Made by a program: the position numbers and the translations under genes. From Deltaproteobacteria bacterium (lineage in GTDB: Bacteria; Desulfobacterota; Dissulfuribacteria; Dissulfuribacterales; QOAL01), in the NCBI GenBank assembly GCA_027025395.1, contig JALVQQ010000187.1:1-34521 (forward strand): a stretch of DNA of 34,521 nucleotides. The letters are read 5' to 3'. Under the pieces are notes generated by a model. It had not been told where the DNA came from. It made no database searches and saw only the letters and a list, made by a program, of their open reading frames with translations. Below, in pieces: positions 1 through 10,222 of this stretch (the stretch's first letter is position 1; every line of letters begins with the position of its first letter).

Positions 1-69
1 GCCTTCCCGAAACGGGATGCAATTATGAATTTTCAGTTTTGTTACTTCCATTTGTTTACTGGGGTCGAT

Positions 70-630
70 ATGTGTCAATTTTCCATAAAATCCTGCTTGT
101 GCAGACTTTCTGTTTCACTGGTCCTGTCCGTTGCGTTTTTTGCCTTGTCAGCCTGTACCCGGACAGCGGTGGATACTTCCCATGATCCCCACGCAGATTT
201 CAGCAGTCTGAAAACCTATGCGTGGGCGCATATCCAGTTTCCTGAAGACAAGTTGCAGAGTTACCCCGATGTCCGGGACATGGTAAAAAAATCCGTCGAT
301 CTTGTGCTGCGGCTAAAGGGGTTTGAACTCAGGAATTCAGGGCCGGTGGATTTCACGGTCGCCACCTATGCCGGTGTCAAGCCTGCAATCATGCTTGAAA
401 AATCCGGCCGCGTTGATGATCCGTCATGGCTCGGCGCAACAGCAATGTATGACTATACAAAAACCGGCAAGGTGACGCTTTTTATAGATATTTTTGATGG
501 AAAAACAGGTCAGCTCATATGGCGGGGAAATGGAATAGGCTTCATCAGGGAGTATTCCAGGGGCAAAAAGATGCAGAGGAACATAAATACCAGGGTGGCT
601 GAAATACTGCGCCATTTTCCTCCGAGATGA
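70..630 (+). CDS. DUF4136-like lipoprotein (start ambiguous: 25 or 70)
   Basis: ORF 25..630. The internal ATG at 70 gives a signal peptide ending in the lipobox L-S-A-C. The mature start (DTSHDPHADFSSLKTYAW) is typical of DUF4136-type lipoproteins. Confidence 0.6.
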   Translation: MCQFSIKSCLCRLSVSLVLSVAFFALSACTRTAVDTSHDPHADFSSLKTYAWAHIQFPEDKLQSYPDVRDMVKKSVDLVLRLKGFELRNSGPVDFTVATYAGVKPAIMLEKSGRVDDPSWLGATAMYDYTKTGKVTLFIDIFDGKTGQLIWRGNGIGFIREYSRGKKMQRNINTRVAEILRHFPPR

Positions 631-680
631 TAAAACTGTTTCACACCTGAAATCATCATATCCCGTATCCTCCGGTTTTT

Positions 681-2789
681 ATGAACGACTTGCGCCTGAA
701 GTCCGGATCACGTTTTCCAATGGGAGCTACGCCTGATGATGAGGGAGTAAACTTCTGCATATTTTCCAGGCACGCCACCAGAGTTGAACTGCTCCTGTAT
801 GAGAGTCATGATTCGCCAGATGCCTTTGCGGTAATTCCTCTTGATCCTGAGACAAACCGAACCTTTTATTTCTGGCATGTCTATGTTTGCGGGGCAGGCC
901 CAGGCACATGTTATACATGGAGAGTACACGGTCCTGACAATACCAGGGAGAGTGGATTCAGGTTTGATCCAAGACGTGAGCTGCTTGATCCTTGGGCAAG
1001 GATAGTCACCGATACGTTATGGGACAGGGCCGCGGCAATGGAGCATGACACGGCTGATGTGCCTGGCATGAGAGCCATGGTCCCGCCTGCTGACCAATAT
1101 GACTGGGAAGGCGATACTCCCCTGGCAAGGTCAGCGGGTAATGCGGTAATATATGAGATGCACGTTGGCGGGTTTACCAGGCATCCTTCCTCCGGGGTTC
1201 GGCATCCAGGCACATTCGTTGGAGTTATTGAAAAAATTCCCTATCTCAAGGACCTTGGCATAACCGATGTGGAACTGATGCCTGTCATGGCCTTTGACCA
1301 GCAAGATGTTCCGCCTGGCGCAAGGGAGCGCGGACTGCACAACTTCTGGGGATACAGCCCCCACAGTTTTTTTGCGCCTCATCCCGGTTATTCCGTTTCT
1401 CCAGAACGCGGGACTGTTATTGACGAATTCAGGGATATGGTAAAGGCCTTTCACAGAGCCGGGATCGGAGTAATAATGGATGTGGTTTTCAATCACACTG
1501 CCGAGGGTGGTGAAGATGGCCCGGTAATCAATTTCAAGGGGCTTGGGAACCGCGCCTTTTACCATCTTGATCCCAACGACCGAAGGAAGTATCTCGATTT
1601 TACAGGCTGCGGCAATACAATAAACTGCAATCATCCGCTTGTCGCCGCATTTATTGTTGAGTGCCTTGAATACTGGGTGGAGAAGCTTCATGTTGACGGT
1701 TTCCGGTTTGATCTTGCCAGTGTGATGGCTCGGGGTGAGGATACCCGGCCCATGTACCACGCTCCCGTAGTATGGAGTATTGAATTTTCCGCGCAGCTTG
1801 CTGCAACAAGGCTGATTGCAGAGGCGTGGGATGCTGGCGGTCTGTACCAGGTAGGCGGTTTTCCGGGGTTCAGGTGGCAGGAGTGGAACGGTCTTTACCG
1901 CGACGTCATGAGGCGTTTCGTAAGGGGCGATCACGGCGTGGTTAATGAGGTCGCTACCCGCATTGCCGGAAGCAGTGACCTGTATCAGCCGTCTGGCCGG
2001 TTCCCTTTCACCAGCATCAACTTTATCACCTGTCATGACGGTTTTACAATGTACGATCTGGTAAGTTACAACAGGAAGCACAACGAAGCCAATGGCGAGA
2101 ACAACCGTGACGGCAGTGATGAGAACTACAGCTGGAACTGCGGAGTGGAGGGAGATACCGACGATCCGGAAATCCTGGCGCTGAGGCGCAGGCAGGTGAA
2201 AAATTTCATGGCACTTTTGATGCTCAGCCAGGGGGTGCCCATGATACTCGCCGGAGATGAAGTGCTGCGTTCCCAGCAGGGCAACAACAACTGCTACTGC
2301 CAGGATAATGAACTGGGATGGTTTGACTGGAACCTGGTGGAGGAAAACAGGGATATTTTCAGGTTCGTAAAGGAGATGATCGCCTTCAGGATGCGGCATC
2401 CCTGTCTCAACCGCAAGCACTTCCTGACAGGTGCAAAGCTGAATAAACGCCATGTGCCTGATATATCCTGGCACGGACTCAAGCCCGGAAGCCTCCCATG
2501 GGACAATCCCCAAGGCAGGTTCCTTTCGTTTACAATGGGAGGCGTGGAGGATCGGGAACCTGATATTCACGTTATTATCAACATGGAGGAGACAGCCCTC
2601 AGGGTTTCCCTGCCCGATGCCCCGGTCTTCAGTTGGTGTCTTGCCGTTGATACCATGCGGCAATCACCAGATGACATTGTTTTGCCTGAAGAGCAGAAGC
2701 CGTGGCCGGAAAACACCGTAAGGGCTGGTGCCCGGAGTATTCTGGTTTTCGAAAACAGGCAGGCTGGTTCCCACCCTGCAATGCAATAA
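681..2789 (+). CDS. glgX: glycogen debranching enzyme GlgX (GH13 isoamylase type)
   Basis: 702-aa ORF with all four GH13 conserved regions: DVVFNHT, GFRFDLAS, AEAWD, FITCHDGF. N-terminal isoamylase-type domain (GVNFCIFS). Confidence 0.9.
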   Translation: MNDLRLKSGSRFPMGATPDDEGVNFCIFSRHATRVELLLYESHDSPDAFAVIPLDPETNRTFYFWHVYVCGAGPGTCYTWRVHGPDNTRESGFRFDPRRELLDPWARIVTDTLWDRAAAMEHDTADVPGMRAMVPPADQYDWEGDTPLARSAGNAVIYEMHVGGFTRHPSSGVRHPGTFVGVIEKIPYLKDLGITDVELMPVMAFDQQDVPPGARERGLHNFWGYSPHSFFAPHPGYSVSPERGTVIDEFRDMVKAFHRAGIGVIMDVVFNHTAEGGEDGPVINFKGLGNRAFYHLDPNDRRKYLDFTGCGNTINCNHPLVAAFIVECLEYWVEKLHVDGFRFDLASVMARGEDTRPMYHAPVVWSIEFSAQLAATRLIAEAWDAGGLYQVGGFPGFRWQEWNGLYRDVMRRFVRGDHGVVNEVATRIAGSSDLYQPSGRFPFTSINFITCHDGFTMYDLVSYNRKHNEANGENNRDGSDENYSWNCGVEGDTDDPEILALRRRQVKNFMALLMLSQGVPMILAGDEVLRSQQGNNNCYCQDNELGWFDWNLVEENRDIFRFVKEMIAFRMRHPCLNRKHFLTGAKLNKRHVPDISWHGLKPGSLPWDNPQGRFLSFTMGGVEDREPDIHVIINMEETALRVSLPDAPVFSWCLAVDTMRQSPDDIVLPEEQKPWPENTVRAGARSILVFENRQAGSHPAMQ

Positions 2790-2794
2790 ATTCT

Positions 2795-3982
2795 TCAGAA
2801 AAGGTTGGATATAATCCTGTATCCGCCCAGCCATGTTCCAATCATGCTGCCGATCCCAGGGAGCAGGAAGGCCAGGAATACCTTCAACAGCCTGTTTTTC
2901 CACCAGCCTTTCAATGTGGCCATGTCCTTGATGGCGCTCTGAAATTCACCTACAACCGGAGGCTGTACCATGGTCTGCACAAATGCCGTAACGTAGCCCG
3001 CCCCTATTACAGGAGTCAGGCTGGTTATGGGGGCCGCAACAAAAGCCGCAAGTATTGTCCATGGATGCGCCAGGGCTGCGGCGGCTCCGGCGGCAGATGC
3101 AAGCCCGTTGGCAAGTATCCAGTATAGAATATTGTCTCCGGCCACTGCCGTGCCTTTTTGAATGGCGATTACTATTACAGAACCGATTATCACCGCGGGA
3201 ATGGCCCAGCCGGCTATTTTCCATGCCACAGAGGGCTGGCCTGCATGACTTATCTCCCCGAGCTGGTGTGACCGGTCTTCACAAAGCGCCTTCTTTATGC
3301 CCTGAACATGCCCGGCACCTGCAACAGCCACTATTTTTTGACCTTTTGACGCCTTGATTTTTTCAGCGATAAATGTGTCCCTTTCATCTATCAAGACCTT
3401 CTTGACCTCTGGCATGGCCTCCCCGATTTCTTCAAGAAGCTGTGTCAGTACATCGCTCTGTCTCAGCTCGGCCAGTTTTTCTTCCGTTATTTCAGTCTTG
3501 TCAACCAGGCTCGCAATCAGTGTTGCAATCAGCCAAGTTTTTTTGATAAAAGGAGTGCTCCGCCAGGCACGTTTTAGGGTGATGCTTACATCCCTGTCAC
3601 AAAGCGCTACTGGAATGCCGGCTTCTTCCGCGCAGCGCACCGCTTCCATTAGCTCCGTCCCTGGCATGATGCCAAGCTGATCTCCCAGTTTTTTCTGATA
3701 GGACGCCAGGACCAGATTGGCAATCAGGAGACCAAGCTGTTTCTTTCTTATTATCTCTTTTATATCAAGGGATTCCCACCGTTTCTTGTCAGATAGTGCC
3801 TTGTAGCGTTTTTCATCCAGCTCCACGCATACGCAGTCGGGCTTTTCCTGCTGAATAATATCGCGCACCAGATCAGCAGACTCTTTTGAGATGTGTGCTG
3901 TTCCAACCAGAATTATCTGTTTGTCTCCGCAGTGGATGTAATGCACGTCACTGCTCTCAATAGATGTGCGGTTCTCGTCCAA
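2795..3982 (-). CDS. TraB/GumN family protein (pheromone-shutdown-like) with C-terminal membrane segments
   Basis: 395-aa ORF. N-terminal ILVGTAHISKESADLV motif and later GAGHVQGI motif are typical of the TraB family. Hydrophobic C-terminal third. TTG start preceded by GGAGAG. Confidence 0.8.
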   Translation of the reverse strand: MDENRTSIESSDVHYIHCGDKQIILVGTAHISKESADLVRDIIQQEKPDCVCVELDEKRYKALSDKKRWESLDIKEIIRKKQLGLLIANLVLASYQKKLGDQLGIMPGTELMEAVRCAEEAGIPVALCDRDVSITLKRAWRSTPFIKKTWLIATLIASLVDKTEITEEKLAELRQSDVLTQLLEEIGEAMPEVKKVLIDERDTFIAEKIKASKGQKIVAVAGAGHVQGIKKALCEDRSHQLGEISHAGQPSVAWKIAGWAIPAVIIGSVIVIAIQKGTAVAGDNILYWILANGLASAAGAAAALAHPWTILAAFVAAPITSLTPVIGAGYVTAFVQTMVQPPVVGEFQSAIKDMATLKGWWKNRLLKVFLAFLLPGIGSMIGTWLGGYRIISNLF

Positions 3983-4340
3983 GTTGCTCTCCAGTTCGGA
4001 ATTTGTTCGCTGATTTTACAGCCGGGGGAAACTTCGGGCATCTGCCTGGTTATTAAGATCTGTCTGAATGGACAGCATGTTTTCGACCAGATAGAATGTC
4101 CGTATATGCACTTGCCATCTCCTTGTACTTGACGGCAAGAAATGATGTACTGCCGAGTCCGTCACCATACTTCCTCGGTCGGTCAGGTCAACTCTTTTCA
4201 CCGGAAGGACTTCCCCGATTTTATATTTGGAATAAGCATATTTACAAGTTCATGTCCATTCTGCTATGCTTTTACATTCATGCAGCTGCCATGGCAAACC
4301 CTGAACCTCAATACGTTATTAAAGGCTATATCATTCCATA

Positions 4341-7052
4341 TTGTCTGATAAATTCACCATCATAACAACACATCTTAATACGGACTTTGACGGCTTTGCT
4401 TCGGCAGTGGCGGCACACATCCTTTATCCCCGTTCGGTAATAGTGCTCCCCGGCTCAATGGAAAGGCCATTGCGCAAGTTCATTGCCACATTCCTGCCAG
4501 ATGAGATCCCCATGAAAAAACTTAAGGACCTGGATTCTTCCTCGGTAAAACGTCTTGTGGTGGTGGACACCTGCCATAAAAAACGCGTGGGAAGCCTGTC
4601 CCGGTTTCTGGACAGGGATGATATTGAGGTTATTCTGTACGATCACCACGGCCCGCTAATTGACATGGAGGCGGAATGCATCAGGGCAGACAAGGCATAT
4701 TCAAGCACAGCCGGCGCCAACACTACCTTCATGACCGGCTTGATCCGCGAGCGGGGTCTCCCCCTGCCCGCGCCTTATGCAACCCTTTTTCTTGTAGCCA
4801 TTCATGAGGACACCGGCTCCTTTACCTACACATCCACAACACCGGAAGACCTTGTTGCGGCTTCATGGCTTTTGGAGCAGGGGGCGGATGTGGAGCAGCT
4901 TGCCCAGGTCATGAACAGCCGTATGACTCCCGGTCACATATCCCTGCTTAATGATCTTATAGAGACAGCTGAAATTTACCAGATCGGCGGTCATGACATA
5001 GCCATAGCCAAGACCTCATCAGCAGGATATGTGGAAGATTTTGCCGTTATAGCTCATGAACTCATGGATATAAGGCAGTTTTCGGTCCTGTTCGTGCTGA
5101 TTCTCATGTCTGACCGGGTGCTTGTTGTAGGCAGGAGCCGTTCTGCCTCCGTGGATACAGGGGCTGTGCTCAGTGGGCTTGGGGGGGGCGGACACGAAAT
5201 GGCGGCATCGGCAACCCTGAAGGGGCTAACCCTGACAGAGGCGGAGGAAAGACTCGTATCCCAACTTGAAAAAGTACTGGGAACCGAACCAAGGGTGCAG
5301 GACATCATGTCCAGTCCTGTAATATATACAGAGCCGGATACCCCACTGTATGAAGTGCATGACATGATAAACCTCTATGGTATTTCTGGGATACCGGTTG
5401 TTGAGGATGGCAAGATTAAGGGCCTCATATCCCGAAGCACTGTGGAAAAGGCAATACATCACGGCCTGGCAAGGCTCCCGGTCAGGGAGTATATGAGCAC
5501 GGATTTTCTGACCGCCAGTAAAGATGACGGAATATCGGTGGCCCGGGAGATAATGATCGAGCGCAACCAGAGATTTGTGCCCGTGCTGGATGGTGGACGC
5601 CTTGAAGGCGTGGTTACACGCACTGATCTGCTGAGGATGCTGGCGGAAAACCCGGCGCGTCATCCGGGTGGTTCATCCGGGACCAGGGAGCGGAAACGCA
5701 ATATTGCCTCACTTATGCGACAGAACCTGCCGGCCCATGTAGTTGATTTCCTGCGCACTGCCGGAAAGGTGGCTGAGGAAATGGGTATGCAGGTGTATGT
5801 GGTGGGAGGTTTTGTAAGAGACCTGCTTCTCAGGGTTAAAAATTTCGATATTGATCTTGTGGTTGAGGGAGACGGCATTGCATTCGCCGCACAGCTTGCC
5901 CGGGAATTCGATGCAAGGGTCAAGTCACATGAAAAGTTTCAAACCGCGGTAATAATCCTGCCGGACAATTTTTGGCCCGACGCAGCGGAACAGGGATTCA
6001 AGGTGGATGTGGCCACTGCAAGGTGGGAATATTATGAATATCCGGCCGCCATGCCTACTGTTGCGCTCTCATCCATAAAGCTAGACCTGTTCCGCCGCGA
6101 TTTCACAATAAACACCCTGTCAGTAAGGCTTAACCCCAAAAGTTTTGGAACGCTTGTCGATTTTTTCGGGGCACAGAGAGATATAAAGGAGGGTATCGTA
6201 AGGGTGCTCCACAGCCTGAGTTTCATAGAAGACCCTACAAGGGTTCTGCGGGCGGTCCGTTTTGAACAGCGTTATAATTTCAGGATAGGGAAACATACCC
6301 TGAATCTTATCAAGAATGCAGTGCGCCTCAATGTCTTTGCCAGGCTTTCCGGAAGACGCCTGGAGAGGGAACTGAGGCTTCTGCTGGAAGAGCAGGACCC
6401 GCGGCCAGCAATAAAACGGTGCGCCGAACTGGATATTCTGAAGTTTATCCATCCGGACCTGAAGATAGACAGCGAAGTCTCAAGGCTGCTTGATGCAACC
6501 TATGACGTGCTGGCCTGGTACCAGCTTCTTTTCAGGCCGGAGCCGGTGCGGCAGTGGATGCTTTATCTTATGGCCATGCTTGCCGGGCTGGGCAGCGAAG
6601 CCCTTGCCGGTTGCATTGAGCGCCTGGGATACTCGGAATCCATGCGCCGGATACTCATAAACCAGCTTCGACAAGGCAGGAAGGCTGCCAGGGAGCTTGG
6701 AGACGACGGCATGACGCCTGGCAAGACGGTCCGTCTGCTTGACGGGCTGGCTCCCGAAGTCATTCTGCATCTCATGGCCGCATCCGAGGACAGGCGGGTA
6801 ACGCACTGGATTTCAAGGTATATTACAACCCTGCAAGACGTCAAAATCCAGATTGGCGGGGACGACCTCAAAAAGGCGGGTATCCCTCCGGGACCTGTTT
6901 ACAGGAAAATTTTTGACCAGGTCCTGACTGCCGTTCTTGATGGAAAAGTAACTCCCAGGCCGGCGCAGCTGGCCCTTGCGGAGACCATAGCAAGAAATGA
7001 AAATCTCCTCCCTCAGCCTTCCGGCGGCATTTTGCCGCAGGAACAGGGTTGA
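4341..7052 (+). CDS. DHH/DHHA1 phosphoesterase - tandem CBS - poly(A) polymerase/tRNA nucleotidyltransferase-like fusion protein
   Basis: 903-aa ORF. DHH motifs: DFDGFAS, DHHG, HEDTG. DHHA1 motif: GGGGH. Two CBS-like repeats (roughly residues 320-450). Nucleotidyltransferase head: GGFVRDLLL ... DIDLVVEGD. Confidence 0.85.
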   Translation: MSDKFTIITTHLNTDFDGFASAVAAHILYPRSVIVLPGSMERPLRKFIATFLPDEIPMKKLKDLDSSSVKRLVVVDTCHKKRVGSLSRFLDRDDIEVILYDHHGPLIDMEAECIRADKAYSSTAGANTTFMTGLIRERGLPLPAPYATLFLVAIHEDTGSFTYTSTTPEDLVAASWLLEQGADVEQLAQVMNSRMTPGHISLLNDLIETAEIYQIGGHDIAIAKTSSAGYVEDFAVIAHELMDIRQFSVLFVLILMSDRVLVVGRSRSASVDTGAVLSGLGGGGHEMAASATLKGLTLTEAEERLVSQLEKVLGTEPRVQDIMSSPVIYTEPDTPLYEVHDMINLYGISGIPVVEDGKIKGLISRSTVEKAIHHGLARLPVREYMSTDFLTASKDDGISVAREIMIERNQRFVPVLDGGRLEGVVTRTDLLRMLAENPARHPGGSSGTRERKRNIASLMRQNLPAHVVDFLRTAGKVAEEMGMQVYVVGGFVRDLLLRVKNFDIDLVVEGDGIAFAAQLAREFDARVKSHEKFQTAVIILPDNFWPDAAEQGFKVDVATARWEYYEYPAAMPTVALSSIKLDLFRRDFTINTLSVRLNPKSFGTLVDFFGAQRDIKEGIVRVLHSLSFIEDPTRVLRAVRFEQRYNFRIGKHTLNLIKNAVRLNVFARLSGRRLERELRLLLEEQDPRPAIKRCAELDILKFIHPDLKIDSEVSRLLDATYDVLAWYQLLFRPEPVRQWMLYLMAMLAGLGSEALAGCIERLGYSESMRRILINQLRQGRKAARELGDDGMTPGKTVRLLDGLAPEVILHLMAASEDRRVTHWISRYITTLQDVKIQIGGDDLKKAGIPPGPVYRKIFDQVLTAVLDGKVTPRPAQLALAETIARNENLLPQPSGGILPQEQG

Positions 7053-7153
7053 ATCTGGCCGGACTCGCCACGGTTGAGCGGCCTGAACAGTCCGGCTTGC
7101 AGCCTTGCCCTGCCACTTGCCCTTGCCCGTAAAATACAGTATCTGATTGCAGC

Positions 7154-7801
7154 ATGTTTGATATAAATGAAATAGCACAAAGGATAGCAATCCTTACCCC
7201 GCCGGTACTGATGGCAGTTACAGTTCATGAACTTGCACACGGCTGGGCAGCGTGGAAAATGGGCGATCCCACTGCAAAAGATGCAGGGCGTCTCACGCTG
7301 AATCCGATAAAACATCTTGATTTTGTGGGCACTCTTGTATTCTTTATTACAAGGACCATCGGCTGGGCCAAACCGGTGCCAGTCAACCCGGCCTATTTCA
7401 AGAACCCGCGCAGGGACATGATATGGGTCGCGCTTGCAGGTCCGGCCAGCAACATCATCCTTGCCGTAATAAGCGCATTTTTACTGCGCGCTACCCTTGG
7501 TCCTCTCGGTTTGTGGGAAAGCTCGGCCTCCTACCTCCTGAAACCGCTGCTATTCATGGCCTATGCAAGCATTCAGATCAACCTTGGTCTTGCCGTATTC
7601 AACCTGATACCTATCCCGCCGCTTGACGGCAGCAAGGCCCTCATGGGACTTCTGCCCCGGAAACTTGCCATGCGGTACGCCGCCCTGGAGCAGTACGGTT
7701 TCATACTGATCCTGCTGCTTGTGTTTACAGGGGCTACCGGCGCCATTATAATCCCGGTGATTGATTTTCTTAACAGGATACTTATTGGACATATAATATA
7801 G
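7154..7801 (+). CDS. site-2 protease family protein (peptidase M50)
   Basis: 215-aa polytopic ORF with HELAHG (HExxH) and NLIPIPPLDG (NxxPxxxLDG) motifs. Confidence 0.85.
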   Translation: MFDINEIAQRIAILTPPVLMAVTVHELAHGWAAWKMGDPTAKDAGRLTLNPIKHLDFVGTLVFFITRTIGWAKPVPVNPAYFKNPRRDMIWVALAGPASNIILAVISAFLLRATLGPLGLWESSASYLLKPLLFMAYASIQINLGLAVFNLIPIPPLDGSKALMGLLPRKLAMRYAALEQYGFILILLLVFTGATGAIIIPVIDFLNRILIGHII

Positions 7802-7908
7802 GCTTGCGGGCCTTCAGGCCATGCTGCCCCGAAACAACGCAAAACCGTCTGACCGGCCCCCCCTGGCCCCATGAAATCAGACAACAATACTGGAGTGATT
7901 ATCCTGAC

Positions 7909-8949
7909 ATGGCTGCAAAAAGCAGACAGAGAATCTTGAGCGGCATGCGGCCTTCGGGCCGTCTTCACCTTGGCCACATGCACGGAGTGCTTGATAACTG
8001 GAGACAGCTGCAGAACCAATTTGAATGTTTCTTTTTTGTTGCTGACTGGCACGCCCTTACCACCAACTATGACAGGCCGTGGACAATTCCGGCAAGCATT
8101 GATGACATGGTTCTTGACTGGCTTGCAGCGGGCATAGATCCGCAAAAAGCTACAATTTTCGTACAGTCGGACATCAAGGAACATGCAGAGCTTAATCTCC
8201 TGCTTTCCATGATTACGCCGGTATCATGGCTTGAACGTAATCCCACATACAAGGAACAGCAGCAGCAGCTAAAGGAGCGGGACCTTGCCACCTTTGGCTT
8301 CCTTGGCTATCCGGTGCTTCAGGCCGCTGATATCATAATGTACAAGGCCAACAAGGTGCCGGTTGGGGTGGACCAGCTTCCGCATGTAGAGCTTACCAGG
8401 GAGATTACAAGACGTTTCAACTATCTGTACAGGGACGTTTTTCCCGTGCCTGAGGCAATGCTTACAGAAGTCCCCAAGCTGCCCGGGCTTGATGGACGCA
8501 AGATGAGCAAAAGCTACGGCAATTCCATCTATCTTAACGACAGCGAGGAAGATGTTGCCCGGCGCATATCCACCATGGTTACTGATGTGGAGCGTCCCCG
8601 CAAGTCCGACCCCGGTGACCCTGCCAACCGATGTGTCGCCTTCAATCTTCACAGGCTTTACATGGAAAAATCCAGGCTCGCTGAAATAGAAGCCGACTGC
8701 AAGGCCGCCAGAATCGGCTGTGTCGTCTGCAAAAAAGAACTGGCCAGGGCGGTAAACAGCGCCATGGAACCTCTAAGGGAACGCAGGAGGGAATTTGCGG
8801 CAGATCCGGGTACTGTGAAACGTATCCTTGCGGAGGGGGCGGAAAAGGCAAGAGAAGTCGCACGCAACACCATGGAAGAGGTAAGGCAGGTGCTGTTTGC
8901 CGGGCCGGCCGGGTCAGGTGGCAAGAATGACGCCGGAGACAAGGAATAA
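7909..8949 (+). CDS. trpS: tryptophan--tRNA ligase
   Basis: ORF 7804..8949. Homology-like sequence starts at the internal ATG 7909 (MAAKSRQRILSGMRPSGRLHLGH). Class I HIGH-type motif HLGH and KMSKS motif are present. Confidence 0.9.
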   Translation: MAAKSRQRILSGMRPSGRLHLGHMHGVLDNWRQLQNQFECFFFVADWHALTTNYDRPWTIPASIDDMVLDWLAAGIDPQKATIFVQSDIKEHAELNLLLSMITPVSWLERNPTYKEQQQQLKERDLATFGFLGYPVLQAADIIMYKANKVPVGVDQLPHVELTREITRRFNYLYRDVFPVPEAMLTEVPKLPGLDGRKMSKSYGNSIYLNDSEEDVARRISTMVTDVERPRKSDPGDPANRCVAFNLHRLYMEKSRLAEIEADCKAARIGCVVCKKELARAVNSAMEPLRERRREFAADPGTVKRILAEGAEKAREVARNTMEEVRQVLFAGPAGSGGKNDAGDKE

Positions 8950-9020
8950 AACAGATGGCCTGGCTGGTTCAGGTATCCAGGCCCAGGCCAGGCAGGAAAT
9001 AATCGAGATGCATCTGAATC

Positions 9021-9770
9021 TTGGAACCGGAATGTAATGTAACCCTTGAGGCCTTCAAGGGACCAATGGAGCTGTTGCTCCATCTTATAGACAGGAATCA
9101 GATCGACATTACAGACATTCCCATTGCGCTTGTCACCAACCAGTATCTGGAATACCTGGAACTGCTCCAGGCCCTTGATGTAGTGGTTGCAGGTGAATAT
9201 CTGGTGATGGCGGCGAAACTCCTTCAGATAAAATCGAGGATGCTGCTGCCCCGTCCCGAGCCTCCCGAAGACGAGGACCCGCGCCTTGAAATAGTAAAAC
9301 CCCTGCGGGAACTGGCAAGGCTTAAAGGCATGGCTGACAGGCTTGAAAAGTTGGCCTGGCTTGACAGAGACGTATTCTTCCGGGATGAATCCGCAATGGA
9401 GAATGAGTTGCGAGATCCCGGGGAGTCCGGCATCTTGATCTCCGAAGAATACACTCGGGATTTCAGACCTGATTCAGGGATTCTTGACCTGATCAACGCC
9501 CTGAGGAACGTACTTGGAAACAGCGCCCTGCCACGCTCTCTTGAGATAACCAGGGCGAGGGCGACTCTGTCCCAGAGGATGGAGGAGATACAGGAGCGTC
9601 TCAACAGGGAGAAACGCACTACCCTTGCCGAGCTGTTAAATCCTGACATGGACCGCCTCTTCCTGATCGTGACATTTCTTGCCCTGCTCGAACTTGCCAG
9701 GACGGCAACCATCAGAATTTTCCAGGAAAATCCGGGTGAGGACCTGCTTGTGGTCAAGCGGCAGACATGA
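9021..9770 (+). CDS. scpA: segregation and condensation protein A
   Basis: 249-aa ORF with the N-terminal LEAFKGPMELLLHLI...IDITDIPIA motif typical of ScpA. TTG start; exact start uncertain. Confidence 0.8.
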   Translation: MEPECNVTLEAFKGPMELLLHLIDRNQIDITDIPIALVTNQYLEYLELLQALDVVVAGEYLVMAAKLLQIKSRMLLPRPEPPEDEDPRLEIVKPLRELARLKGMADRLEKLAWLDRDVFFRDESAMENELRDPGESGILISEEYTRDFRPDSGILDLINALRNVLGNSALPRSLEITRARATLSQRMEEIQERLNREKRTTLAELLNPDMDRLFLIVTFLALLELARTATIRIFQENPGEDLLVVKRQT

Positions 9771-9804
9771 AAATGCCGAAACCGGACAAAAAACAATATT
9801 TCTG

Positions 9805-9832
9805 TTGATTATGATAAAAAACCTGATATAGT
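9805..9832 (+). promoter_or_regulatory. sigma70-like promoter candidate upstream of rpsU
   Basis: TTGATT (9805-9810), 16-nt spacer, TATAGT (9827-9832), about 35 nt upstream of the rpsU start. A G-rich RBS (AAAGGGGGG) follows. Confidence 0.3.
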
Positions 9833-9865
9833 ATCGCAATTCTTAACAAGAAAGGGGGGATTCCC

Positions 9866-10060
9866 TTGGCGATTGTAGTCGATGTCCAGGACAACCTGGA
9901 AAAGGCTCTTCGGGTCCTCAAGAAGAAAATGCAGCTTGACGGTCTCCAGAGGGAGCTTAAAAATCGCCGTTTTTACGAAAAGCCCAGTGTAAAGCGGCGC
10001 CGCAAGATGCAGGAAGCCGAAAGAAGACGCCGCAAGGCGCGCCGCAGGCGCAGAAGATAA
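9866..10060 (+). CDS. rpsU: 30S ribosomal protein S21
   Basis: 64-aa basic ORF ([37 protein letters not shown]...) with an Arg-rich tail. TTG start with a strong upstream RBS. Confidence 0.9.
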   Translation: MAIVVDVQDNLEKALRVLKKKMQLDGLQRELKNRRFYEKPSVKRRRKMQEAERRRRKARRRRRR

Positions 10061-10193
10061 TTTACATCAACCGAAGGTGCTGATTCGTCCTGTTCAGAAA
10101 CAGTGCCGGCTGTCATAACGGCAAGACATTAAAAATCGGCCAGTTATGGTGGGGTTAGAGTTTGTAGTGTCTTACAAAGACATGCCTTTTTAG

Positions 10194-10222
10194 AAGCCAG
10201 CCCAAGAGGCTGGCTTTTTTTG
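10194..10222 (+). terminator. rho-independent terminator (plus-strand orientation)
   Basis: Perfect 9-bp stem AAGCCAGCC / GGCTGGCTT with a 5-nt loop, followed by a run of Ts. There is no T-run on the opposite strand. Confidence 0.6.

Noticed and set aside
1131-2663. 510-aa minus-strand ORF
   Set aside because: It lies entirely antisense to the strongly supported glgX gene. Its translation is compositionally odd with no recognisable motifs, so it is a typical shadow ORF.
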